64,000 nucleotides of DNA, from positions 174,656,001 to 174,720,000 of the forward strand of contig CM059425.1 in the NCBI GenBank assembly GCA_030390025.1. The letters are read 5' to 3'. Each line of letters begins with the position of its first letter. Position 1 is the stretch's first letter. The position numbers were made by a program, and so were the translations under genes. The notes under the pieces were generated by a model, which made no database searches, was not told the DNA's origin, and saw only the letters and a program-made list of their open reading frames with translations. This document shows positions 1 through 13,249 of the stretch, one piece after another. Origin of the DNA: Squalus acanthias. Taxonomy: Eukaryota.

Positions 1-744
1 CGCAAATGAGCAGACCCAGGAAACTCATGTGTAACTCCTTCTTGAGGCTACTAGGGTGCAATTTTTTTTAAAGGGAACAAATGGTGTAACTCATTCTGAG
101 GAAATTCTAGGCCATTGGTTCTGAAAAGCTATGGGGTAGCACATCCTGGTGTAAGTGCTGAAAGGGGCCCATTCTGGGCTTCCACATCTGATTCTGCCAA
201 AGTTTCCTTGGTCAGGGGGAGGTCCCATGCTTTTACTGCATTAAGCAGGTTCAAGGAGCAGGTACTGGATTGTTCCTCCTTCCCTACCAATGAAGCTGGA
301 AAATCCAGCCAAAGAAACAGGTCTCCATAGAAAAATTCTAATGTTCCTGCAGCCTACTTGCAAAGGGGGCATTTTCTTTTTTTAATTTGCACAAATCTTG
401 GGGGGTCGACTCTTTGATCCCGCCCTGGACTCCCAGGTGGGTCCCACATCCGCCTCTTGGTCGGCCAATATGTCAGGTTTCCAGGCATACCTGCACTAAC
501 CATACGACAGGTTCCAAAGAAGGCCCGGGGAATGGAAACTCTTCCCCTCCTTGCATTACACTTGTGGCCTTGTAAAGGATGGATGGAGGCTCTGCCATCT
601 TGGAAGGTGCACTGATAGGTCAGGACTAAGTGTAGCTGTGTTGAGACCTAGTTTCCATCCATTCTGCTGTATTCCAGCTGAAGTTACAGCGGGAGTACAC
701 CAGAACAGTCATGGATTTTGGGGGCTATAGTGTTTTTTAGAATT

Positions 745-862
745 GCATAGAATGTACAGCACAGAAACAGGCCATTCGGCCCAACAGGTTTATGCCGGTG
801 TTTATGCTCCACACGAGCTTCCTCCCACCCCTCTTCATCTAACCCCATCCATACCCTTCTAT
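745..862 (-). mobile_element. CR1 LINE 3' tail fragment
   Basis: CATAGAATG...AGGCCATTCGGCCC is the reverse complement of the CR1 3' hairpin and microsatellite tail seen in the other copies in this window. Confidence 0.65.
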
Positions 863-1649
863 GTTGGACTTGGAGGAGGTGTACAGTGACAATGACTCAG
901 AGGAAAATGGTCCTCAGCAACATTGTGGCACCGTGGCGCAATTGACTACTTAGAGGGTGTGAGAAGCAGGTGTACTAAAGGAATAGCAGAGTGGTAGTAT
1001 TGGGAGATTCTAAAGTAATTTTCCTTTCAGTGTATTGCATTTTTTCACTTTAACTATTGTTTATTTAGGTAATACTTTGCTTGTCCAAAGTATACTACAA
1101 GGCAATAACTGCCCAACGAATTAAATGCAGTTGATCCAGGCAGTAGCTATTTAATATCAGGGTAACAGCTGCTTATTGCACAGGACACCATGCAAGGTTA
1201 TCATTATTACAGTATTACAGTAACAAAAAATGATAGAATAAATAGAGGTATATTTACATTATTTTTTTCCTGAAAAACGGACTTTGGATCTAGTACTGTA
1301 ATCCCATTTTATGTCAGCAGATGACACTACAGCCATTTTTACAACCATGTTGAAACAACATACATGCTTTTTGAAAATATTTATATATATCTCATGAATG
1401 TCTTTATCAACCGTTTCTAGTAACTTCTACTTTATTCCTGATTTTTTTTCCTTTATTTGATGTATGATCACGTTTCAATTTACACATTGTACTTGAGTAT
1501 GGTATATTGTCCAGTGTGCATCATAAAATTACCTTTTTAGCTTTTTAAGCCATTCATTTTTGTTTGCTTCCTCCTTGTTTTCCCCCGAGGAAAAAAACAT
1601 CAATAAATTTGGATGGACAAATCAGCCAACAGAGAAATGAAAGAAAGAA

Positions 1650-1792
1650 CTAGCATATATATAAAACATGTTCTAAAGGCTATCACAAAGTGCTTTACAC
1701 CTAATGCCTTACTGTTGTTTTGCAGGCAAACGCAGCAGTTAATTTGTGCACGCAAAATCCCACAAACAGCAAATAAGATAAATGACGAGATA
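1650..1792 (-). mobile_element. Partial tRNA/Deu-type SINE (L2-like tail end)
   Basis: Similar to the 3' half of the SINE at 47742-48190 (GCTTTACA...AAACGCAGCA...TTTGxxCAC...CCCACAAACAGCAA). Confidence 0.55.
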
Positions 1793-2190
1793 ATGGGGTT
1801 GAAAGTACACAGTGAGAACTACTCCCAGAGCACCAATAGATTGTGTAAGTGAAATTACCTCACATATCCAGCAAGGTCAGCTCATTTGTGTGCAGGCATA
1901 TGCAGTGACTGGACTAGGCTTCCCAACTCTCCTGGAATGACTGGGAGCTTCCCAGAATCGGGGTTTACTATCCCGCCGCAGTGCATCCACATGAACATCA
2001 CCGTGAGGTACGGTTGCTAATGGCTAATTGTTAACTTGGCGTTGGGTGCCAGAACAAGGTTAAACTGCATTAATTTTAAACAGAATCATTTCCCAGCCTT
2101 TTCCACGGAACTTGTCACCAGCTGCTGGTCAGTGCCAGCACCCAGAGAGCTGCGACTGGCTGGAGTGCAGTCAGGAATTGGGGGAAGGGG

Positions 2191-2948
2191 ATGACTATCT
2201 CCAACAAGCAAGAGTCTAACCACCGCCCCTTGACATTCAACGGCATTATCATCACCGATTTCCCCATCATCAATATCCTGGGGGTCACCATTGACCAGAA
2301 ACTTAACTGGACCAGCCACATAAATACTGTGGCAACAGGTGCAGATCAGAGGCTGGATATTCTGAGGCGAGAGTCTCACCTCCTGAATCCCCAAAGCTTT
2401 TCCACCATCTACAAGGCATAAGTAAGGAGTGTGATGGAATACTCTCCACTTGCCTGGATGAGTGCAGCTCCAACAACACTCAAGAAGCTCGACACCATCC
2501 AAGACAAAGCAGCCCGCTTGATTTGCACCCCATCCACCACCTTAAGCATTCACTCCCTCCAACAGCGGCGTACCGTGGCTGCAGTGTGTACCATCTACAA
2601 GATGCACTGCAGCAACTCACCAAGGCTTCTTCGACAGCAACTCCCAAACCCGCGACCTCTACCACCTAGAAGGACAAGGGTAGCAGGCGCATGGGAACAC
2701 CACTACCTCCAAATTCCCCTCCAAGTCACACACCATCCTGACTTAGAAGTATATCGCCATTCCTTCATCATCGCTGGGTCAAAATCCTGGAACTCCCTCC
2801 CTAACAGCACTGTGGGATTACCTTCACCACACGGACTGCAGCGGTTCAAGAAGGTGCTCACCACCACCTTCTCAAGGGCAACTAGGGATGGGCAATAAAT
2901 GCTGGCCTTGCCAGTGACGCCCACATCCCATTAACAAATAAAAAAAAG
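2191..2948 (+). mobile_element. CR1-group LINE family B, 5'-truncated (RT C-terminus, 3'UTR, A tail)
   Basis: ORFs 2191-2898 (LGVTIDQKLNW..H, MEYSPLAW, LDTIQDKAARLI); ends GGGCAATAAATGCTGGCC...CCCACATCCC plus poly(A). Confidence 0.9.
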
Positions 2949-3490
2949 TAGGAAGAGCACAGTGAGACAATTTTCCTCACAGCTTCGAACTGCAAAAGGC
3001 CTATTAAGCAAAATAGCGATTCTGAGCTTTGTCAGTTCGAGAACATTGCCTGCACTAACACCGCAACTGCCAAGCTGACTTAAGACGGTGTTATTAAATG
3101 CCAGATTTGCTGTAAGGTTACCTGATTTCAAAGTCAGGTTCCATAAGTTTCACCAAAATATAGCAACCCAATGAAATCAATCAGGCATAAAGAAGTTAGA
3201 TGTGGTAGAATTCCCCATAGCCTGTGGTTTTCAGGCAGCTGCCGTGCAGAGCACACCAGCTGTCAGCCCAATAGTGCCAATAAAAGGCTCAGTCCATTTT
3301 GAGGGGCCGGGCCTTACTAACATAGGGCCAGCAGATTGCAGATGGAAAACGTGCGCCCCAGGCCAGCCGTCTGGCTCTGGGCAGCGGCCACAATATTGGT
3401 CAGCTCAGCCGGCCTCTCGACCTGGAAAAAGGTAGGTCAGTTGCTGGGGAGGAAAACTCGGTCTGGCAGCGGCCCAGGTTGTTTTTGTAC

Positions 3491-3639
3491 CTCTTTTTAG
3501 TGGAAACAATAAACAAACAAACTGTAACTTAACAAGAACATTAAATGAAACTTAACAACTTATATTAAAATGTTGTTGTCGGGGGTGATTATGCACTCCA
3601 GTCCCTGCGGTGCCCACCAGTCGCAGAAGGCCTCGAGCA
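3491..3639 (-). mobile_element. Tx1/L1-clade LINE 3' fragment
   Basis: Homologous to 23593-23740 (ATGCACTCCAGTCCC...GAAGGCCTC); inserted next to TGTAC. Confidence 0.75.
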
Positions 3640-5019
3640 TGGAGGTTGTTTTTGTAGAGCCTGAAAGAACACCCCTGCTCCTCCCAGCCTCCCAAAAATA
3701 ATTTAAAACTTACCTTCTGGGCTCCTTTTCCGCTGGACCACCAGAGCACGCTCCACCCAGTTGAGTCTTAAAATGGCAATGGTGATCCTTGTATTTTAAA
3801 GCGCCTATCAGACAGGTGTTCAAGCCACCTAGTAGTAGGTCCTTGGGAAGGTAACTATCGGCAGGAACGGGACGCTAGGTCATACTCCACCATTTTCAGG
3901 CCGCTAACGCTCTGTTTCTGCCAGACGGTAGGCCGCAACATCTCCCCCATCTCTTCTATAGCCCGATCCTGTTAAGCATTTGCTCCTGATGCTGTTGGGG
4001 TTACACTCTGAGGAATGAGCTGTCCACCAGTCTCTTTGTTTCTAATTATCACCATTGACAAATTAAGTTAGAAGCAGCAAACATCATAACAGTCAACAGT
4101 GAAAGAACTAAAATTAAAGCTTGTTAATTACAGTTTGGTATTTCTGTAGCCCAATAGTGCAGATGCGAAAGAAATGAGCCATGGGTGGCCTGTGGGGTGA
4201 GCTTGGAGGAGTGCAGGAAGGTTGAATCTGCACTGAATTTTATTAACAAATGTGGACACTGGATGGACATCTGCCCAAAACACAAATGGTTGGCATATAT
4301 GCATTCGGCTCCTGGGGGACTGTAGTTTCAAATTCACTATCATCCCAACTTGGAGCTCCTGTTTCCACCATCCCTCACTCCCAACTTAGGTATGACCATT
4401 TTTCATGCTGGTAATGCCTCAAATCCAAAGGGATAATTTTACACATTTGTGTTCCCAAGTTTATTAATTTTAATGGATGGAAAATTATGGAGGTACACAC
4501 CCAAAATTCCAATATGTGCTCCAGGTGGGCGAGGCTGTGTGCTGGGAGTGCAAATTTGTAAAATTACCACTCAACTTTTCTCCTTTTAGTATAACCCAGC
4601 ACTCTGGGAGTGGAAAGTCTTTCCATCTGTTTAACACCATGGAAATGCACAAAAACCTAATTTCCCGGTGAGTACCAATACATTCAAGATAACTATTGGA
4701 GAAACCACCACCTTCTGGAGAAGCGAACAGTTAGACTTTTCTTGATTTCAATCACTGCATTTGCTCCTATGATAGGACATCTCTGACCAATGGACCATGC
4801 AGTAGCTTCTACCACCACACACTCATTCACTGGAACCAGTTTCTGAGATATAATCTGCCTTCCTCTCCACTTCCTGATCTGGGACCCCCTGTTTCTCTAT
4901 TTCAATGCCCAGTTCAAGCAATGGTTCTATGATTTTTGAATTCAAGGTAGCATGAGCCTGGCCAAGCAATGAGTGGGAAGACAGAATATGAGTTGATTCA
5001 AAATGTTCTTTTTTAAGCA

Positions 5020-5765
5020 AGTTTGGGAAAATTGCTTCTTTCACATCTGAAGCACAATCTCAAGGGTATGAATGTTGTCATTGTATTCTGTCACTACTTG
5101 GGTTGCACCCCTGCATTCTTCTATTGAGAAAGTGCAGGTGCTCCGTAATATCCACCATGAAAGCAAGGTCTTGAAGCCATTTATTGTCAGTGCAACAAAC
5201 GTTGTTTAGACTTGTTGATATTCATGACAGAGAAAACTTGTTCACACACAGACGTGGTCCCAAACATGAAAAGAATTATTGATGCAAAGGACTTCAATTT
5301 GGGATAATTTTCGCCAGGTATTGATAAAACTTGATAACGCCAATATCAGAAAACTTGTCCTTCAACAGAGTTCGCACTGCAGTTCTCTAACTTCCATTTG
5401 GAGATCCTCTGGTACATCATGCACATTGATAGAAAAGGATGTGCTCAAAATTGCGAACTCTCCTTCCTGGTTTCTCAAGTTACACGATTGTTCGTGAAAT
5501 TCCTTTCTCAGTTCAGCAATTTTACCCCTGTACCATACTGTGGTGCCATCAGATTGAGTTACAACAGTGTCAAATGTGCCAAGTTACTTTGGGAAAGTTA
5601 ATTCTCACACATCTGAGGCATAATCTCAAAGGTATAAATGTTGTCATAGTATTCTGTCATTACTTGATTGCACCCCTGCATTCTTGCATTCTTCTGATGA
5701 CAGAGTTCAGGTGCTCTGTAATATCCACCGTGAAAGCAAGGTCTTGAACTCATGTATTGCCAGAG
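5020..5765 (-). pseudogene. hAT (SPIN/GTF2IRD2-like) transposase remnants, partly duplicated
   Basis: Minus-strand translation gives (W)xQDLAF.VDITEHL twice (near 5180 and 5745) and the hAT dimerisation motif MFGTTSVCEQVFSVMNINKSKQR (5200-5275); several stops. Confidence 0.8.
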
Positions 5766-5879
5766 CATCAATCATCGGTGCAAGCATAGTGCCAAATAGT
5801 ATGTTGCAGATAGCAGCTCAGATTCAGTAGTGCACTTGCCATATGCACAGTACCTTGCAGGGTGTTTTTTTTGAGTCCT

Positions 5880-6560
5880 GTAGAATCATAGAATTTTACA
5901 ACACAAAAGGAGGAAATTTGTCCCATTGCATCTGTGCCAGGTCTTAGAAGAGCTATTCACTTAATCCCATTACTCTGTTCTTTCCCCATACCTTTCAAAG
6001 AACATAAGAAATAGGAGCAGGAGTAGGCCATTTGGCCCTTCGAGCCTGCTCCACCATTTAATAAGATCATGGCTGATCTTCTACCTCAACTACACCTTCC
6101 CGCAGTATCCCCATATCCTTTGGTTCCCTTAGTTTCCAAAAATCTATCGATCTCTGTCTTGAATATACTCAATGACTGAGCATCCACAGCCATCTGAGGT
6201 AGAGAATTCCAAAAATTCACAACCCTTTGAGTGAAGAGATTTCTCCCCATCTCAGTCCTAACTGGCTGACCCCTTATTCTGCGACTGTGACCCCTAGTTC
6301 TAGACTTCCCAGCCATTGGAAACATCCTCCCAACATCTACTCTGTCAAGCCACTTAAGAATTTTCTACGTTTCAAGGAGATCATCTCTCATTCTTCTGAA
6401 CTTTAGGGAATATAAGCCTAGTCTACTCAATCTCTCCTCATAGGACAATCCCCCCCATCCCAGGAATCAGTCTAGTGAACCTTGGATGCAGTCCAGGTGT
6501 GGTCTCACCAAGGCCCTATATAATTGCAGCAAGACTTCTTTACTCTTATACTCCAATCCA
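5880..6560 (-). mobile_element. CR1 LINE 3' fragments (two tails)
   Basis: ORF 6086-6325 SRTRGHS...FTQRVVNFWNSLP; tails at ~5880 and ~6000. Confidence 0.85.
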
Positions 6561-8635
6561 GCCAGTGGAGAGTTTTCTGCCTGATTCCCATTGACTTCAA
6601 TTTTGCTACACTTGGTCAAATGCTGCCTTGATATCAAGGGCAGTCACTCTCATCTCACCTCTGGAATTCAGCTCTTTTGTCCATGTTTGGACCAAGAGTG
6701 TAATGAGGTCTGGAGCTGAGTGGTCCTGGCAGAACCCAAACTGAGCATTGGTGAGCAGGTTATTGGTGAGTAAGTGCCGCTTGATAGCACTGTTGATGTT
6801 ACCTTCCATCACTTTGCTGATGATTGAGAGTAGACTGATGGGGCAGTAATTGACCGGATTGGATTTGTCCTGCTTTTTGTGGACAGGACATACCTGGGCA
6901 GTTTTCCACATTGTTGGGTAGATGCCAGTGTTGTAGCTGTACTGGAACAGCTTGGCTAGAGGCACGGCTAGTTCTGGAGCACAAGTCTTCAGCACGGGAT
7001 GTTATTGGGGGCCATAGTCTTTGCTATATCCAGTGTGTCAGCCGTTTCTTGATATCACGTGGAGTGAATCGAATTGGCTGAAGACTGTCTTCTGCAATGG
7101 TGGGGACCTCAGGAGGAGACGGAGATGGATCATCCACTTGGCACTTCTGGCTGAAGATGGTTGCAAACGCTTCAGCCTCGTCTTTTGCACTCGTGTGCTG
7201 GGCTCCGCCATCATCGAGGGTGGGGATATTCATTGAGCCTCCTCCTCCCGTCAGTTGTTTAATTGTCCACCACCATTCACGACTGGATGTGGCAGGACTG
7301 CAGAGCTTTGATCTGATCTGTTGATTGTGGGATTGCTTAGCCCTTTCTATAGCATGCTGTTTCTGCTGTTCAGCATGCATGTAGAAACATAGAAAATAGG
7401 TACAGGAGTAGACCATTCGGTCCTTCGAGCCTGCACCGCCATTCAATGCGTTCATGGCTGAACATGTAGTCCTGTGTTGCAGCTTCCCCAGGTTGGCACA
7501 TCATTCTTAGGTACACCTGGTGCTGCTCCTGGCATGCTCTTCTGCACTCCTCATTGAACCAGGGTTGGTCCCCTGGCTTGATGGTAATGGTAGAGTGAGC
7601 GATATGCCGGGCCATGAGGTTATAGATTGTGGTGGAATACAATTCTGCTGCTGCTGATGGCCCACAGTGCCTCATGGATGCCCAGTTTTGAGCTGCTAGA
7701 TCTGTTCTGAATCTATCCTATTTAGCATGGTGGCAGTGCCACACAACATGATGGAGGGTGTCCTTGGTGTGAAGACGGGACTTCATCTCCATAAGGACTG
7801 TGCGGTGGTCACTGCTACCAATACAGTCATGGACAGATGCATCTGTGACAGGTAGATTGGTGATCCTGAGGTCAAGTAGGTTTTTCCCTCGTGTTGGTTC
7901 TCTCACCACCTTCCACAGGCCCATTCTGGCAGCTATGTCCTGAGGACTAGGCCTGCTCGGTCAGTAGTGGTGCAACCGAGCCACTCTTGCGATGGACAGT
8001 AAGTCCCCCACCCAGAGTACATTCTGTGCCCTTGCTACCCTCAGTACTTCTTCCAAGTGGTGTTCAACATGGAGGAGTACTGATTCATCAGCTGAGGGAG
8101 GGCGGTAGGTGGTAATCAGCAGGAGGGTTCCTTGCCCATGCTTGACCTGAAGCCATGAGACTTTATGAGGTACAGAGTCAATGTTGAGGACTCTCAGGGC
8201 CACTCCCTCCCGACTGTATACCACTGTGCCACCACCCCTGGTGGGTCTGTCCTGCTGGTGGGACAGGACATACCCAGGGATGGTGATGAAGGAGTCTGGG
8301 ACATTGGCTGAAAGTTATGATTCTGTGAGTATGACTATGTCAGGCTGTTGCTTGACTAATCTGTGGGACAGCTCTCCCAATTTTGGCACAATTCCCCAAA
8401 TGTTAGTGAGGAGGACTTTGCAGGGTCGACTGGGCTGGGTGTGCCATTGTCGTGTCCGAAGCCGGTTCCAAGGTCAATGCTGGGTGGTCTGTCCGGTTTT
8501 ATTCTTATTATTGTTTTTCGTAGCGGCTTGGTACAACTGAGTGGCTTGCTAGGCCATTTCAGAGGGCAGTTAAGAATCAACCACATTGCAGTATTTAATT
8601 AAGTGAATTTAAATTCCCCAGCTGCCATGGTGGTC
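6560..8635 (-). mobile_element. CR1-group LINE family B, APE endonuclease to start of RT, degenerate
   Basis: ORFs with TYRPPS, WVGD, PTRGKNLLDL, SDH (APE) and NYCPISLLS, QFGF, LDIKAAFD (RT). Confidence 0.9.
7385..7462 (-). mobile_element. 78-bp CR1 3' tail inserted in family B LINE
   Basis: Flanked by direct repeat CATGTAG (7378-7384, 7463-7469). Confidence 0.8.
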
Positions 8636-8664
8636 TAACTTTATTTAGCACTATATCCTTCGTT

Positions 8665-9300
8665 TTTTTTAAATTTGTTTTTACGGGATGTGGGCGTCGC
8701 TGGCAAGGCCAGCATTTATTGCCCATCCCTGATTGCCCTTGAGAAGGTGGTGGTGAGCTGCCTTCTTGAACCACTGCAGTCCGTGTGGTGAAGGTACTCC
8801 CACAGTGCTGTTAGGTAAGGAGTTCCAGGATTTTGACCCAGCGACAATGAAGGATCGGCGATATACTTCTAAGTCAGGATGATGTGTGACTTGGAGGGAA
8901 ATTGGAGGTGGTGGTGTTCCCATTGCGTCTGCTGCCCTTGTCCTTCTAGGTGGAAGAGGTCGCGGGTTTGGGAGGTGCTGCCGAAGAAGCCTTGGCGAGT
9001 TGCTGCAGTGCATCTTGTACGCCGGTGGTGGAGGGAGTGGATGTTTAAGGTGGTGGATGGGGTGCCAATCAAGCGGGCTGCTTTGTCCTGGATGGTGTCG
9101 AGCTTCTTGAGTGTTGTTGGAGCTGCACTCATCCAGGCAAGTGGAGAGTATTCCATCACACTCCTTACTTGTGCCTTGTAGATGGTGGAAAGGCTTTGGG
9201 AAGTCAGGAGGTGAGACACTCGCCGCAGAATACCTAGCCTCTGACCTGCTCTTGTTGCCACAGTATTTATGTGGCTGGTCCAGTTAAGTTTCTGGTCAAT
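8665..9300 (-). mobile_element. CR1-group LINE family B 3' end
   Basis: ORFs 8681-9261 nearly identical to 2431-2898. Confidence 0.9.
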
Positions 9301-9695
9301 CGTATTGTTCTCTATAGCTCTATTTATAAAACCTAGGATCCTGTATGCTTTTTTGCCGCTTGATCCACTTGCCCCTCTCCAGTTGTAAAGATTTGTTTAC
9401 GTGAACCCCTAAGTCTCTGTACTCCTCCGCTCCTTTAACAGTTTTTCCATTTAACATTTATGTCCTCTCTTTATTCTTCCTTCCAAATTTATCAACTGTT
9501 TTATTTGTTCTAACCAAATTCCTATTTACATTACCACACTCCCTATAATACTGTGTGCCTTAATTTTATGGACAAGCCTCATATATGACACTTTATCAAA
9601 CGCCTTTTGAAATTCCATGTACATAACATTGACTGTATTTACTTTATTAATAAACTCGTTATTTTATTAAAGAATTCCCATTTGACTTGTTTGAG
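9300..9695 (-). mobile_element. Old CR1 RT fragment
   Basis: Degenerate matches to DLGVHV and DFQKAFDKV motifs on the minus strand. Confidence 0.55.
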
Positions 9696-11797
9696 TCTCT
9701 TGTAATGCCATTAAGATTAAAGAGTTTCAATGATTGATTATTTTATGCACTGATAAGATTACAAAGTTTATAGTTGTTTTTGACTGCAGTCAGATATTTT
9801 TTAAACGTATGAAAATTTATTAGTGAGGTACATGGAATCAATGGACTTGGAATTTAGTTCTTGTTGAGCCAGTTATGGTGAATGTTTATACCTGAACATT
9901 AACTTACCTTTCTGTCACTGTTGGCAATTTCAGGATGTTTGTCCCAGCATTTTCTCCCCTTGCTTGCTGTTTTTCTCATGCTTCTGGACTTCAAGTACCA
10001 ACTTGTTTTATTTAACCTGTCCCACCATGCATGGGAAAAATCTCTCAGTAGTGCACACGCAGAAAATCAGAGCCACAGTGGGTTGGAGAAGCATGTGAAA
10101 TTCAAAAAGGCACTGATTTTTGGCAACAAATGTAGACAAACACAAAGTGGATTGAAAATATTGAACGTCCACCCAAAACCAAACAGTTGACATGTATAAT
10201 GATATATTAGAACAATGACATCCTAGTCTTACTTAAAAGCTGGCCTATCTGGGAATCTTTTGAACTGTAACTTATGTTGGGGCTTGATTAAATGGGCAGT
10301 TGTTTTTATCGTGTATCGTGATACATACACAGGGGCCCTCTGGAAAGTGTCCTGAATCCCAACAGTGTTCTTCATTTTTATCAGCAGGCAATACTAACAG
10401 CAAAACTTCACAGATTGCTTCTCCTACTTGAGAAACTCAGTTTCAGATGGTGTCACGGCTTGGAATTTTGTTCTGCATAATTATTTGCATAAGTTCAAAC
10501 ACAGAATTTGTCATTACTTGCTAAACCAAAGTTGTTGCAAAATGATATATTAGGCTATGCTATGGGAAATGTCACTTTCTGTGCTCCCAGCAACCACTTG
10601 AGTAAAGTTTCTGAGGAATATTTTCTTCCTGCACTTGGTTTTCAGATGCACTCTGTGGTCATGCTATTTACTATACAAGAAAGTATTACAGTTAGTAGCT
10701 CCTATTTTAGAAAATAGCATACCTCACAAAAGTTCAACTAAATTCACTGAAAATGTTTTTTAACAGAATTTTCCCATTATAAAATCCATTTTTATTGACT
10801 AGCAACACGCTACCTCAAACTCATCAAGGTTTAAATTACGGTATTTTCTTCCACACATCATTTACTCTCATGATTGAGAATCTTTGGCTATTATCATCAT
10901 TTATTTTTCATTCTTTTTCTCCTTACTCATTTATTCACTCCCGCAGGCATATACATCCTTCCTGCAGCATAACATATTAAAATGTAAGCTCTGTTTCAAG
11001 GGGTGAAAATGAGGAAATCCCTGGGCCACAAAACAATGCATGATGCTGTTGTCCACTGCAACTTTGGAGATTCATCACATATCTCCTGCTGTTGCTTTAT
11101 ATATGGTATAAAAATTCACCTTGACTGCTCATCTAAAGCTGCCCTCTCCTTGAAATGCTTTCAAGATCTGGCTGCAAAGTTTTGTCAAGACCTCCCAGGT
11201 AAATCGTAGCGTTTAAATGCAGATTTCCTCTGACGTGTGCAGCTATAAATGCCTTGGCCTGTAAATATGGTTGGTGGCACATGATTGGCTCCTTCATGAA
11301 CATTTAAGTGTTAGAGGCACCTAGCTTGCATGCATTCCGCTGATCATCTTCTTCCACCTCCAGAACCTGTGTATAGAGAGGGACCCATTGAGGTATCTAT
11401 GGATATGTTATAAGTCTGTAGAATTGGAGCTCCCTTGGCATACACCTACAGATGGAAGAGCTTCAGCAGTAAATGACAAAAAATATATACATATACAGGA
11501 ACATTGGTGGCTCATGACACATCTGCTTGACACAACTACCAAGCAGACTCTGTTTTAAGAAAGAATGCTGAGATCCGGGAAAATCATCCAGCTCCCAGCT
11601 CATATTAACTGCTACAGCACTGTTCAGGAATTGAGAATATATTATGGGGCAAGGACCTAATTACATGGCTACCTCCCAATCCTGCTCGCAACTTGCTGCT
11701 TCTCCTTCTCAGCATGCACACTATATGAAATTGCCTCACATATCTGCACAACCCTTTACATCAAGCACACGTTAACCCACGCCTTCTCTTTCTACAG

Positions 11798-13050
11798 CAG
11801 AAGTTGGCTCATAACAACCAGGAGAGGGCTAGAACTGATAGAAGACCAGCCAATCTCTATGCTCTCACCCAGATGGAGAAGGAAACCATGGGCATCACTG
11901 TAGCAGACAGGTCAAGGAGCATCAGCGGTGGCAGGGCTGGACGTAATGCTCAGCAGGTTGTCTGTCTAATACCTGTACCTTTTCTCTTTCCTCAAGCAAT
12001 CACATTTTCAGGTGGCATGGCAACCTGGTGCTGCATTGTGCTGCCAGTAATCTGCTACTGTCTAGCCTTTCCCTGCCGTGCTGACCCTTGTCCCTCTCCC
12101 CTGTTTCTAGGTCCAGCTGAAGATCTGGAACCTGCAGAACATAATAGAGGGGGAAAATGTTCCTGAAGAAGCATTGGGACTTGCTCCATCCCTCCCAAGC
12201 ACCTACACAGAAATTTGCATGCTGGGTGGGATAGTGAGTTAGAGGGGTCTGGTGAATCACAGAGCACAAGTGAGCAAGAGCAGGGCACAGTGGAAAGGAT
12301 AGCCCAGGAGACAGCTCATCTAAGGGCAAGCTCAGATCCTAGCTCTGCTGAGGAGGACGGCGATCCCGACTTCAAGGAGCCAGCCTTCAAAAGAAGACTT
12401 TCTGCACACCTACTACACCGAGTCTGAGAGTAAGAAGGCATCTGTTCCAGTTTTTGTGGAATTCTGGTGCAAGGCATCAGCACTCTGCAGTCTATCATGG
12501 AACATGTGGTCACCCCTATGGATGCTGCAGTCCGGCCTCCACACCAGAAGTCTGCATCATCAGCTCTTACAGCTTTAATCAAAGCTAAAACTATTAAAGC
12601 TAAAACTAGATCCATTCAGGCGCTCGGCTCTGCCATCTCCAGTGCCTTTGAAAGGCTTGGGGCATGCATGAATATGGGGCTTCAATTGTGTCACAGATCT
12701 CCTGCGGTCCAATCTCTTACAGATCAATCGGTATGATGAGCCAGAGTCCTGTGGAAATGGCAGTGACGCAACAGGAGTGGCAAATTTGGCCTCTCTCACA
12801 ATGACATCAAGTCTGCTCCCTCACCATATTTTCAATCCATGCCTGCCATAGTGCCAGAAAGCCAGCTAAATCTGACTACCCCAGCTGCAGTCGAGATGCT
12901 GCAGTCTGCAGCTGAGCTCTCTCAGGCTCGAGCTCCTAGAGGTCGCAGACCAAAAGCACCTCAAAGGCCCTCATCTGAGCATCAGCAGTCTTCCACCATG
13001 CAAGCTGAAGCCACTGAGGAGCACCTCATAGGAGTGGTAGAATAGGTAAG
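11798..13050 (+). pseudogene. Decayed Harbinger Myb/SANT-partner gene (exons 2-3)
   Basis: Acceptor CTACAG then QKLAHNNQERART (cf. AKLAHNRRQQQWT at 15516); second acceptor TTCTAG at 12110; C-terminus LQSAAELSQARAPRGRRP...QQSSTMQAEAT homologous to 16610-16740. Confidence 0.75.
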
Positions 13051-13249
13051 AAAAGCACTATGGCTTAAATCATGGATGAAAATATGGTGTTGTTGCTCTT
13101 GCGTCAGCCATTAAAAAATCACAGCTTTTGACTTTGCAACTTTGACTGTAGTGCGGTTCAATATTAGCTACTGAGCCAGAAATATCAGTGTCATGTATAT
13201 GAGAATTAGTCAGAGGTTGGAAGTTCTTTATTGCAGGGTGGAAGGAAAC

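Noticed and set aside
4680..5000. Possible LTR-retrotransposon integrase C-terminal remnant
   Set aside because: Resemblance too weak to support
9908..10017. Minus-strand exon with strong donor AAG|GTAAGT
   Set aside because: No good acceptor, short unrecognised peptide, no partner exons found
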